Below, one piece after another: positions 32,766-42,453 of a stretch of DNA of 64,000 nt. Both the position numbers and the translations under genes were made by a program. The DNA is from Cyanidioschyzon merolae (lineage: Eukaryota), in NCBI GenBank assembly GCA_000091205.1, contig AP006502.2. One strand, given 5' to 3'. The notes beneath the pieces are model-generated. The model was given only the letters and a program-made list of their open reading frames with translations, made no database searches and was not told where the DNA came from. Position 1 is the first letter of the stretch; every line of letters begins with the position of its first letter.

Positions 32766-33241
32766 CGCATTCGCACCGCATACATAAGGTTGCCGAAGAG
32801 CGCTTACAAGCACCGCGCTTCAGATTCTGCTCAGAACTGTCCAATGATTGGACACCCAGTATGAATGCAATGCGTTTGGTATCCACGCCCGTCAGCGGAG
32901 ACATCGCAGTGACAACCCAGGCACAGAGCCACGCAAGCGTGGCTGGAAAACTTTGGGATGACACGCAAGCTTTCTCACTTCCTAGTCTACGGGGAGCATC
33001 CAGAGGATGTAACGATACGAGATTCTCGGCATAAGGTTTTGATGCCAACGACGCGCCGAGTTTCGTAGACACCCGTGTTGGCTCTCGAATGCATAAGAGA
33101 GGCATCATGACGAATTCGACATATTCCTTACGCGATTTGTCCATTATGTTTCGTTCTGCGAATATCCCAGCACCGATACATGAGGTCCCTGGAGCAGGAC
33201 GCTGGTCTCAGCCTCGATTCGCCACAACACTCAAATCGGTA

Positions 33242-33871
33242 TCAGGGGCTCTGAGTTCCTGGAGTCTCAGAGCCCCGTCGTTCTCGCCGCAAGCTGTCGA
33301 GGTGGGAGCGGTAGAGAGCGCGCACTCTTTCATCAGCATTTGGTGGCAAGTACGATTCTAACTCAGGATCAGACGTCTCGATTGTTTCCGCTTCCCAGGT
33401 CGCCTCGTATTGGTCACTAACACAAACGGGGCACGTTATCTGCTTGCGACCTTTGCAGTATGAACACGGAATCGTCCGCCCCAGCACGCCTCTCCCGCCA
33501 CAAACAGGGCATTCAATCACGCTTTTTCCCGCACAAGTGGGACACTTCGGCTCCTCGGCACAGGCCTGAACGTACCGCATTAGTCGAGTGGCGTGGCGGG
33601 TACCGCTGCTCACACCGCGTCGACCAGACACACTCGTGCGCGACTGGAAGCGCTGTACACCGTACTTACGACGTGTAGTCCATTGCTTACTTGGAACCCC
33701 GTAAAACACGGTTTCGGCGTAGGCGAGGCTCTGTTCTTTACCTACCCACGAACCGGAGCGTCCCATTTCCAACAAAGTCGAGTACGTGACTCCGTTCACA
33801 TGACAGAGGGATCGCACGGTGTAGCGGATGTCCGCGGAGTCAGGCTTTGTTTGTGGCCCTGCGCCAGTCAC
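33242..33871 (-). CDS. DnaJ-type (CxxCxGxG) zinc-finger protein, BSD2-like
   Basis: 209-aa ORF with two tandem CxxCxGxG-type units: CPTCAGKSVIECPVCGGRG and CSYCKGRKQITCPVCVS. Confidence 0.5.
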   Translation of the reverse strand: MTGAGPQTKPDSADIRYTVRSLCHVNGVTYSTLLEMGRSGSWVGKEQSLAYAETVFYGVPSKQWTTRRKYGVQRFQSRTSVSGRRGVSSGTRHATRLMRYVQACAEEPKCPTCAGKSVIECPVCGGRGVLGRTIPCSYCKGRKQITCPVCVSDQYEATWEAETIETSDPELESYLPPNADERVRALYRSHLDSLRRERRGSETPGTQSP

Positions 33872-34069
33872 CTGAGCAAGAGCGCTGGGGTCTCGTTCGC
33901 ACTGTCGGCGATCCGCAGCTTCAGTTCCAGCTCATATGTCCCATGATACAAGGGATAGATGATACGTCCGCTCCGTTGCAGGTATGAGCGTTACGTGGAT
34001 GCGTGAGGTTGATGCTCCCACACCAGACGCTGGTTGCACGTGAGCGGGGCGCTGGTATGACTCACCGAC

Positions 34070-35047
34070 TTATATTACGCGAGCTGTATCACGAACGGGG
34101 CATTGCTCTGAGAGGGTTCGTCCAGTTTGGATGCTGACGCAGAGTCCCTGTGCCTCATGCAAGTGCCTGGATGATATGGATTCCTCGTGAACGAGTCGCG
34201 AAAAGCACCTCGCCTGGTCGAGCCCAGGACTTGAAGCGCTGGGGCGACGATTCCATGCTGCGTGATCACTTTGGTCACACTCACTGAAACAGTACAAACT
34301 GAATGCATTCGTCTCTGGTCTGTGCGATACAGCCGGGGCTCGAGCGCCCCGTTCTGTGGCACCTTGCTCTGTACGCGGTCGTGGTACAGAGCCCTGTGCA
34401 TGCCAGTCTGCGCTTCTCATTCCCGCGTATGCGCGTTGCATCCGGGAGACATGTCGCTCGGGGCGAGCTCGGCTTTTGTAGGGCGGAAGCGGCGACACTT
34501 CGAGCGCCTGCATACCAGCGGACCCGCTGCATCGCGAGTCGATGCCCTGCAAGGCATCAATATGCCATCGGAACTCCGCATGATAAAGCCGCGTCAGCGT
34601 ATCCAGCGCCACAGCAATCGCATGAGTGAAGCTCTGAACCCACCGGGTCGCTGCATCTGACCTTCGTTGCGGCGGAGAATATCGGACTGGGCTGCGAAAT
34701 GACAGAATCTTCCCCGTATGGGTAGAGCGATCCAGTACAGGGGTATCGGCAGAGATCGCACACCGGCGAGTCTGCGGACATCGCTCGAAATGATGCCACA
34801 GAGTAGAGCCCGGCAGCTGGAGCTTCTCTGCATCGGGATCGCATTTCCCTAGATAGTATTGAACTGATGCAAATGAAAAAGAGTGGCGTACGTAGAGGAA
34901 CCAAACTGCAGACGATGGGTAGCGGCAGCGTGCCGGCATTTCGGCAACGCATTGGAAATCCGTCGATCTTCGTTTTCTAAGGATGCACGATGGTTTTCTG
35001 TAGCCAGAGATGCCCGATTGCAAAATAATTATCGGTATGTGGCACAA
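34070..35047 (-). CDS. Hypothetical protein (weak; overlapping ORFs on both strands)
   Basis: 325-aa ORF with no recognisable motifs. The region is open in several frames (34262..34660 +, 34303..34629 +, 34557..34952 -). Confidence 0.2.
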   Translation of the reverse strand: MCHIPIIILQSGISGYRKPSCILRKRRSTDFQCVAEMPARCRYPSSAVWFLYVRHSFSFASVQYYLGKCDPDAEKLQLPGSTLWHHFERCPQTRRCAISADTPVLDRSTHTGKILSFRSPVRYSPPQRRSDAATRWVQSFTHAIAVALDTLTRLYHAEFRWHIDALQGIDSRCSGSAGMQALEVSPLPPYKSRARPERHVSRMQRAYAGMRSADWHAQGSVPRPRTEQGATERGARAPAVSHRPETNAFSLYCFSECDQSDHAAWNRRPSASSPGLDQARCFSRLVHEESISSRHLHEAQGLCVSIQTGRTLSEQCPVRDTARVI

Positions 35048-35309
35048 CGTCCATCATTCCGTACTACACCTCAATTTCCCGTCGCAAGCTATTGGTCGGG
35101 ACGAGGTCCAGAGAGCATGCAGCCGTCGAAATGCGTTCCGGATCTGCTCGAGCACCACGCACCGCATAGCATCCCTTGTTGACGTTTTCTGGTCAGAGAA
35201 CATTGACGGTGATCGACGCTTCCCGTCCGAGTTGGCATGATGTCGGTATGTACCATACGCGTCGCCGCGACGCGTACTCGAGTTGTGAGTCGCTCGCACA
35301 CCGCCAGTC

Positions 35310-36190
35310 CAATGGATAACGGTAGCAGAGACGCACCTGGGACATCCACATCGGAATTCCAGAATGCAACGTACCGCGGGGACGTTCTTACCGGATTCCG
35401 CTCAAGTCAGCAAGTATCCAGAGAGATCCAAGAATGCATGCGAAAGAGGCACATGTGCGGAGATCACCACATTTCCGGTTTCCTAGCACTCCTTTGTACC
35501 TTGCGGGTGCAAGAGAATCCATCATGAAGCACTCGATCCGCAGACCAGTGGGTAAAGTGCGACCGCTCACGCGTACGGTATGCAAAAAAAGGCTGCGTAG
35601 GGATTCTAAAGCGTAGCGGGATCCAGAGCCTTTAGGAACAATGCGAGGCGGCCGGCATCCAGACGTGCAGTTGCTATCGAAACCTGTCAAGGCGTTTAGC
35701 CAGATTTGGTCTCGTCCCTGTGGTTCAAACAGGTTGCTTCGTGGGCAGGAGCTCCGGGCATCCGACCAAAGGCGACCGAATCGATCCGAATGCAACTTTG
35801 TCATATTTATGGATTTTTTCACCACAAAAATGAATCGTTCGTGAGGACTTGGAGCGAGCGCCCCGAATACGCGCTCAATGGATGCGTAGGCACCGCGGCG
35901 ATCGAAGAAGATATACGGGTCATGGAACTTGAACGTAGCGTGTAGCATGATAGACGCGTTCCCCGAAATCCGACGATCCATCCAGCAGTCCGGTATCGAT
36001 AGCCAGTAGAAACGCTCTGTCCAACATAATCGACCGTCTCTCAGTATCTTCTTGGCGAAGTATGGGTCATGGAACTTGAACGTAGCGTGTAGCATGATAG
36101 ACGCGTTCTCCGAAATCCGACGATCCATCCAGCAGTCCGGTATCGATAGCCAGTAGAAACGCTCTGTCCAGTAAAAAAGTAATCGGAGCG
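35310..36190 (-). repeat. Composite interspersed repeat, copy G (reverse orientation, diverged, with internal 148-bp tandem duplication at 35918-36172)
   Basis: A 107-bp block ggtcatggaacttgaacgtagcgtgtagcatgatagacgcgttc...ccagtagaaacgctctgtcc occurs at 35918-36025 and 36066-36172 (period 148 bp). Its reverse complement (catgctacacgctacgttcaagttccatgac) matches part-1 of copy A (catgctcggatcacacttcgtacaagtt). 35310-35460 weakly matches part-3 (ccaatggataacgg...; atgcatgcgaaagaggcac vs atgcaaacagaagagacgg). Confidence 0.6.
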
Positions 36191-36541
36191 ATCGGCTTTA
36201 TCACAGTCCAGAGGGCGCAGCGTCCGTTGATCGGAGACTGTGTAGAAAAATTGGCGCTGATAACGCTCATCATTTCGGGTATCTACCAGTTGCGTGATAC
36301 TGTTTTCTACAACTCCGTGACCTTCAAGTTGAACGCTCCTGCGGGTACTCAGAATCGTATTCGTGTCATGTTCTTGGATACGCCTCAAGCGAGACGCTGA
36401 GAACGTTGCTCACGAGCAAGACTAGCGGAACGGAAGCGCTGCGCGCTGGCTAAGCACCAGCGCCGGGAACCTGCATCCGCTCCACCGTCGCGACGTGCAC
36501 CACTGGTCTAGGTACCCGCGTTTTCATCTTCGACATCGTCT

Positions 36542-38917
36542 TTGTCTTTGTCAGCGAACATCGCTCCTCACCGCCAGATTCCATCAGTCATGGTAGAAGT
36601 ATGGCGTGTCTTGTTCGCGATCGTCTGTGTTTGCTTCTCCGCTATGTTTGCCGGCCTGACACTGGGAATGCTCACTCTCGATCTCTTCGATTTACGCATA
36701 ATCGCAGAGTCGGGAACGGTTCGTGAGCGCGAACAGGCGCGAAGAGTCATGAGCGTACGCAAGCACGGTAACTATTTGCTCTGCACGCTGCTTACCGGAA
36801 ACACAGCTGCGAATGCGCTTTTCTCTATTCTGACCGCGGAGCTAACCAGCGGCCTTATCGGCTTCGTCATTTCCACACTAGCAATTCTCTTCTTCGCCGA
36901 AATCATTCCCCAGTCTATCTGCCACCGGTTCGGGCTACGCATCGGAGCGGCCATGGTCTGGCTGGTGAAAATCTTCATGATCGTGCTCACCCCGATTTCC
37001 TTTCCCACAAGCCGCATTCTTGACTATTTTCTCGGAACAGAGCCAATTACGCGTTACAATAAGCGCGCCCTCAAAGCGCTTCTCAGCATTCAAACTAGAG
37101 ATAATGCGATCGCAGCTGCAGCTGAGACAGTGCAGGCCGAGCGACAGCGGAAGGCGCTCAAAACACGGCGACGCCGTCGTCGAAAGAAACGAGGTAGTGT
37201 TCAGAACTCACCGGTAACTTCCACTGGGGAGCATCCGCGAAGCTCGAACGAAACTGCTCCGGGACACGGCAAGTCGCTCAAGGATGCGATGAGACGCGCC
37301 TTTCGTAGCCGGTCGAGCAGCGAGCGTGCGTCTACGGAGAATCCCACTCCAGAAAGCGAAGCGGAGTCGGGCGCGCTGAGAGTCACCGGCACAGCGGATG
37401 CGATGTCGAGCAAGCTGGACGCATGGTCAACAGCGCCTGCAGACGCGCTCGTCGATGTCGAGCGGGGTGTTTCACCTTCACCGGCTGATGCGCGGATTAT
37501 CGCCCGTCCTCCAGAGGCGAGCGTCATCGGTGGTCGGGACTCGGCCTCGATTGTTGCCGGTGCAATTGGTGCCACGTACGCGGCAGCAGCGTCCAAGGCA
37601 AGCACTGAGCAGATCACCATGGAGGAGGGCCTGATCCTGAGCGGTGCTCTGGAATTTGCTGCCAAAACAGTCGAGCAGATTATGACGCCGCTGAATAAGG
37701 TTTTCATGCTGAGTGGCAAGGATCGACTGGACTTTAAAACCATGGCCAGCATCTTCCAGTCGGGACACTCACGTATTCCAGTCTACCTTGGAAAGCGCTC
37801 CAATATAACGGGTGTCATATTCACGAAGGATCTCATTTTGATTGACCCAGACGATAATATACCGGTATCGGCGATCTTGCTGCTCTTTCGTCGCGAGTTG
37901 CGTCGAGTCGTTGCGGATGTGCATCTCAACGTGCTGTTGAACGAGTTCAAGACGGGTCGCGGGCATCTCGCGATCGTTCAGCGGAGCAGCTCCGACGAAG
38001 CCGTCGGCATCGTGACCCTCGAGGATGTGATCGAGGAGATCATTCAGTCAGAAATTGTAGATGAAACGGACGTGTATCGGGATAACGTGCGGGATGAAGT
38101 CGTTGTCCGCAAACGCCGCATCGACGCGGATTTGCTGCGGATGCTGGATTCCACGCCCCGGTACGAGACGCACTTGACGGCCGGTGAGGTGTCCATTATT
38201 GCCTCCTTCTTGGCGAACAACTTTGCACGAGAATTTGGGGAATCAAAAATGAGCTTTCATCAATTGGAACATCTTTTGGCGAATTGCACCATCGCTGAAT
38301 ACGACCGACCCGGAGCGCCTATCAACGGCTTGGCTGAGGACGAGCCCTCACACCGAGATGCCATCTCCGATACTGCTGGGGCTAGTGACGACGATGCTTC
38401 TATACGCAAAGCGCCTGAGGTCACCGTATGGGACCTGGACGGCACGCGCAGTGCTGGGAGCAGCCCTGCGTGGATGGCCAGTCGGGGTCTGGACTTTGCC
38501 GCCGCCACGGGACGATCCTCCGGACGCAGTTTCGGTAGCAAAGAGGAGCACCATACGCTCGCTGCTCGGCGTTCGATACCGCTGAGTGCTGCCTCTGCAG
38601 ATGACTTGACAGAGCGATCGGCTGATTTCTACATCTACAAACGAGGTGTACCGTCGCATCACGCCACCCTGATCCTGTCGGGGCACGTGGAAATCATGTG
38701 GGATCGACGAAGGCGCATCTCTGAGACAGGGCCTTGGACGCTTCTCGCGCGAGAAGCTCTCGAAGATGAGCTCTACGTTGCAGATTTTACTGCGCGTGGG
38801 GTGGAGTTTCCGCTGCGCTTGTTGCGTATCCCTACCCGTCTCTATCGGCGATCGATACGGTTGTCGGCGGAAGAAGCCGCCTCGCCTCAGGCTGGTGTGA
38901 AAAGCAGCGCTTCCTGA
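36542..38917 (+). CDS. CNNM / ancient-conserved-domain protein (DUF21 transmembrane domain + CBS pair + C-terminal cNMP-binding-like region), putative Mg2+/divalent metal transporter
   Basis: 791-aa ORF. DUF21 region VCVCFSAMFAGLTLGMLTLDLFDLRI...LLTGNTAANA...AEIIPQSICHRFGLRIGA. CBS pair from EGLILSGALEFAAKTVEQIMTPLNKVFML through HLAIVQRSSSDEAVGIVTLEDVIEEII. A ~200-aa Arg/Ser/Ala-rich insertion lies between them. Confidence 0.85.
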   Translation: MSLSANIAPHRQIPSVMVEVWRVLFAIVCVCFSAMFAGLTLGMLTLDLFDLRIIAESGTVREREQARRVMSVRKHGNYLLCTLLTGNTAANALFSILTAELTSGLIGFVISTLAILFFAEIIPQSICHRFGLRIGAAMVWLVKIFMIVLTPISFPTSRILDYFLGTEPITRYNKRALKALLSIQTRDNAIAAAAETVQAERQRKALKTRRRRRRKKRGSVQNSPVTSTGEHPRSSNETAPGHGKSLKDAMRRAFRSRSSSERASTENPTPESEAESGALRVTGTADAMSSKLDAWSTAPADALVDVERGVSPSPADARIIARPPEASVIGGRDSASIVAGAIGATYAAAASKASTEQITMEEGLILSGALEFAAKTVEQIMTPLNKVFMLSGKDRLDFKTMASIFQSGHSRIPVYLGKRSNITGVIFTKDLILIDPDDNIPVSAILLLFRRELRRVVADVHLNVLLNEFKTGRGHLAIVQRSSSDEAVGIVTLEDVIEEIIQSEIVDETDVYRDNVRDEVVVRKRRIDADLLRMLDSTPRYETHLTAGEVSIIASFLANNFAREFGESKMSFHQLEHLLANCTIAEYDRPGAPINGLAEDEPSHRDAISDTAGASDDDASIRKAPEVTVWDLDGTRSAGSSPAWMASRGLDFAAATGRSSGRSFGSKEEHHTLAARRSIPLSAASADDLTERSADFYIYKRGVPSHHATLILSGHVEIMWDRRRRISETGPWTLLAREALEDELYVADFTARGVEFPLRLLRIPTRLYRRSIRLSAEEAASPQAGVKSSAS

Positions 38918-39924
38918 GCAGCACCTGTCATGGCCCTCTGGTGTGCAGCGCATAGCTCTGGGCTGAACGCACGCTGCGCGCGTGTGAAGCACTGCAGATA
39001 CTCGGACCGTGCAACCGCACTGAGCGACGCCAATGCTGCCTGGAAACGAATCTGGTATGAGTTCGTCCAGATGCTGCTGCACGATGATGCTCAACGTTCG
39101 ATGAAGGATCCATGACCGGTACGATGCGTGGATTCGCTGCATCGGACATGAACTTTGTGGTTCTTGACGACCGCTTAGCGTCTGCTGGGGGATCATGGTC
39201 GACGCTCGCTGACGTTTACAAGAAAGACACGGGATCTGGATTCGCAAAAAGTCGCTGCGCAAGTGCACGCTGATGCTGATGTGGACAAGCGCGTTATCAC
39301 AGGTGACAACGCCTCGGACATGTAGGGTCTCATTTTCCAAGCCGAGTGTACCCATACGGCAGCAACTTTGTGGACCGAAGCGCCGAAGGAATGTATAGCT
39401 TCTCAAAGAGAGCGTTTGTCACGACAGTTGCCCGCGTGCGGCGGATAGCCACGAAATCTACGATTCGTAAATACGTCAAGTTGGACCGCACAGAGCCCAT
39501 GTAAACGCTTCAGATGCCACGGTGGCAAAGTCAGCTCCGCAGACACTCGGGCTCGAGCACGGTCTCGGAGCGCAATCCCTCTATTGTAGTATTGGCGCTT
39601 GGCGAAACGTACTGACTGCTGATCGAAAAGTGATGTCCTCTTTTCACGTCGCTTTCATTCTCGCGCTAATGACGACTGTGCAGTTCAACCGTCCATGCTT
39701 CCGAGTGAAATCCTGTGATCGCTCTTGCAACCGTTGCTGCCGTATGCAGCGACCATGCCCGAAAAACACCAAACTTCGGTCGTTTCACATGACCGCTCAT
39801 AGGAGAGTACACCGATCCACTGCCACCGGTTCACAGAGCGAGACGCCTGTTCAAAGGCACGGTCCAAATGGCTCCAGGCAACCTTGGGGATGCCGGGGAC
39901 GGGCTCCTTGCCTAGGTTGCTTCA

Positions 39925-39975
39925 GGCGTCGAATCGAATCCGGCATCCGGCATCCGATTCGATCCGACCGACCCG
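39925..39975. other. Imperfect inverted repeat / internal direct repeat (gaatcgaatccggcatccggcatccgattcgatcc), followed by a (CA)n microsatellite at 40033-40060
   Basis: Read directly. gaatcgaatccgg is nearly complementary to ccgattcgatcc, with a duplicated cggcatc core. (ac)n: acacatagacacacacacacacacaga. Confidence 0.6.
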
Positions 39976-40226
39976 AAGCGTAGGTATTCGCTGGAATATC
40001 CTTGCAAAGTTGCTACCGTTTTTCGGCAGTCACACATAGACACACACACACACACACAGAGAAGTTTGAGGCACCTCTACGTGCCGGTGCATGACAGAAT
40101 GAATCCACGTCGATGACGCGTCTCGCTGCGAGAGCGCCCTGCACACGATGGGCTCTCCGTACACCGCCCGCTACGACAGCGCGCTGCTGCAGTCCATGCG
40201 CCAGCACTGCTGCTCCGCCTTCTCCG

Positions 40227-41510
40227 CTAGAGATGCACGTGCTCGGGCGTCGCTGAATCATCGGCATCCTTGCGATAGTACTCGATGAGAACGCGAGCAA
40301 CACACTCGCGCATGACACGACTATCGGGAATGCGTCCTGCTCGAAGCGTTTCGCGCATTTTTGTACCGCTAATACTAACCGGTGTCATTCCTGGGTGCTC
40401 CTCAACCAGGCCGACACGACCTAGCTCTTCAAAATACGCAGCATAACCCACGGGAATCGCTTCAATCGCCAGCTTGCCACCCAGGCTGCGGAAGATGCGC
40501 TGGGCCTCAAAATCATCCCAAATGGGGGTCTGATCATCGTACGGGGCATCGGCGTGTTTGCGTCCTACAATGAAATGCGTGAAACCCAGGTTCTGTCGAT
40601 AGATTGCGTGCATGACGGCCTCGTTGGGTCCAGCGTAGAACATGCGCATGTCGAGGCCCACCAGATGCAGCTGCTCGTGCAACGACTGTCCAGCTCGCTT
40701 CCAGACGTCCTCGTTTTGGTCACCTTGGCCAAGCACGCGCTGCTCTACCAGATTGATGTACGTTTGCATGCGAACAGTCGCTGGTACATCGTCCGACTTG
40801 AGCTCGCCCACAAGCGGATTCAAAAACACGCCCGTGTATCGCTCGGGATGCGCGGAGAGCAACTGTTCCGCCCCGTGAACCAGCGCATATTCATGCGCGC
40901 GATGCAGTGGGTTGCGCGTCTGGAATGCTACTGTCTGCTCGAAGCCTCGATGTTGAATGAGCTCTCGGACCTGTAGTGGTCCTTTGATGTACGAGGCGAA
41001 CGGGCGCGGGTCGGGTGCTGGTTCAAACATACACAGCGAGCCGCCGAGGCTGAAGCGCCGGCTGTCACCTGTCCACAGTCGAGCGCCCGGGTGATCTGTG
41101 CGTTCCGTTCTATAAACAATGCGTAAAAAACGTTGTAGATCGCGCTCATATATCGTTTCCACGGTCAAGACTCCTATAGCGACGCTGTTTTCGTCACGAA
41201 GGACGACCTCATCGCCGACTTTAATTCTGGCGGCATCCTCTGCGTCAACAGGTAGAAAGATGGGAATCGTCCAGGCGTAGGCTTCCCCGTGCCGCACGAT
41301 GCACGCACGCTCGAGAACGCTCTCGTAGTCATCGACGTTCATCGGCCCGGTAAGAGGTGACAGGGTTCCGTCCGCTATGCGGTGAAGCGTCGTGCAGTCC
41401 GCGCTGCTAACCGCAACGGACGGGCGGCTCAAGAGTGCCTCCACCGGCAGCCGGTTCCCGTACCGGTTCACTGGCTCGGCCAGTCCACCGTGAACTGGAG
41501 CTGTAACCAT
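40227..41510 (-). CDS. ATP sulfurylase (sulfate adenylyltransferase)
   Basis: 427-aa ORF with VAFQTRNPLHRAHEYAL (QTRNPxHRAH motif), FIVGRKHADAPYDD (GRDHAG-like) and the PUA-like N-terminal domain. Confidence 0.9.
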   Translation of the reverse strand: MVTAPVHGGLAEPVNRYGNRLPVEALLSRPSVAVSSADCTTLHRIADGTLSPLTGPMNVDDYESVLERACIVRHGEAYAWTIPIFLPVDAEDAARIKVGDEVVLRDENSVAIGVLTVETIYERDLQRFLRIVYRTERTDHPGARLWTGDSRRFSLGGSLCMFEPAPDPRPFASYIKGPLQVRELIQHRGFEQTVAFQTRNPLHRAHEYALVHGAEQLLSAHPERYTGVFLNPLVGELKSDDVPATVRMQTYINLVEQRVLGQGDQNEDVWKRAGQSLHEQLHLVGLDMRMFYAGPNEAVMHAIYRQNLGFTHFIVGRKHADAPYDDQTPIWDDFEAQRIFRSLGGKLAIEAIPVGYAAYFEELGRVGLVEEHPGMTPVSISGTKMRETLRAGRIPDSRVMRECVARVLIEYYRKDADDSATPEHVHL

Positions 41511-42000
41511 TTGATCGTGCTTTTGATAGATGGAATAAAGCAGAGCTGGTCAAGAAACCAGCCAGCCTTACGAAGTGAGCACCAGGCGCCAATATTCGTT
41601 GAAGCCACTCCCGGTACCCGTTGCGGCAAAAATGGGACGCTGCCGTTACGCTCCGCTGCGATGTTCTCTCCGATGACAAAACGTTTCCATTGACCGTCGG
41701 TTGCAGACTCCGAGATCGGTACTGGCTTGTGGGAAAGTGTCCACTATGACGCACTCCACCTCCAGGTTCCATTAAGTGTACTTCCTTTCGCATGGACTCG
41801 TTGTATTATACCTTCTATGGTCGGCCGAGCGCATGCCTTGCCGCATCCGCATTAGCGCCTAGACCGTTGGGGCGGATGCATCCCGGAGACAGCACGGCTT
41901 TGCCGTACCACTGAGGGCGTCAAGTCCAGGTGCGCTGGACTCGACACGGGATCAGAGTACGTAAGCTTTCTAGGAGTCAGCCGTATATGCTCTGGAAGAC

Positions 42001-42453
42001 TCAGTTCCGGAGAATGAGGTCAGGCAAGGAGACTAGAAACACTGACGTCAGGTTTCCACTATCCTTTTGGTAGAACGTCCACGAATTCGAGGTCGAGAGC
42101 AAAACGAGGCGATCCGACGATCTGACGCATTTCTTGTTCTGGTTGCGACATCGCTCCGAACGAGAATCCACAACGAGCGCTTCCACGGGCAGCTCTTCGT
42201 TCACCTGAATCGTTACGCCAAGAAGCTCTTCCATCAGTGCCTGCTTTTCTGGTCCACTTAGGTTACAGAAGAACTGGCTAAACGGGTACGACGACGGGTA
42301 CGAGTGTGCCTCATGTAGCGTTCGGCACATGGAACCGCGTACGGTTTTAGTTTCTGCGGTTTGCCTTATATATATGGCGTCTGCATAAGGTATGTACCGA
42401 CCGCAGGGGTGGCGTACCAGCGCTTCAAGATAATATGGCGAGCGTCTCGGCAA
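42001..42453 (-). CDS. Hypothetical small protein (weak)
   Basis: 150-aa ORF in an AT-richer stretch. The segment LSGPEKQALMEELLGVTIQVNEELPVEALVVDSRSE looks protein-like. No family recognised. Confidence 0.25.
   Translation of the reverse strand: MPRRSPYYLEALVRHPCGRYIPYADAIYIRQTAETKTVRGSMCRTLHEAHSYPSSYPFSQFFCNLSGPEKQALMEELLGVTIQVNEELPVEALVVDSRSERCRNQNKKCVRSSDRLVLLSTSNSWTFYQKDSGNLTSVFLVSLPDLILRN

Noticed and set aside
32629-33144. 171-aa minus-strand ORF overlapping the 3' end of the PAP2 gene
   Set aside because: No motifs. It overlaps a confidently called CDS on the other strand, so it is likely spurious.
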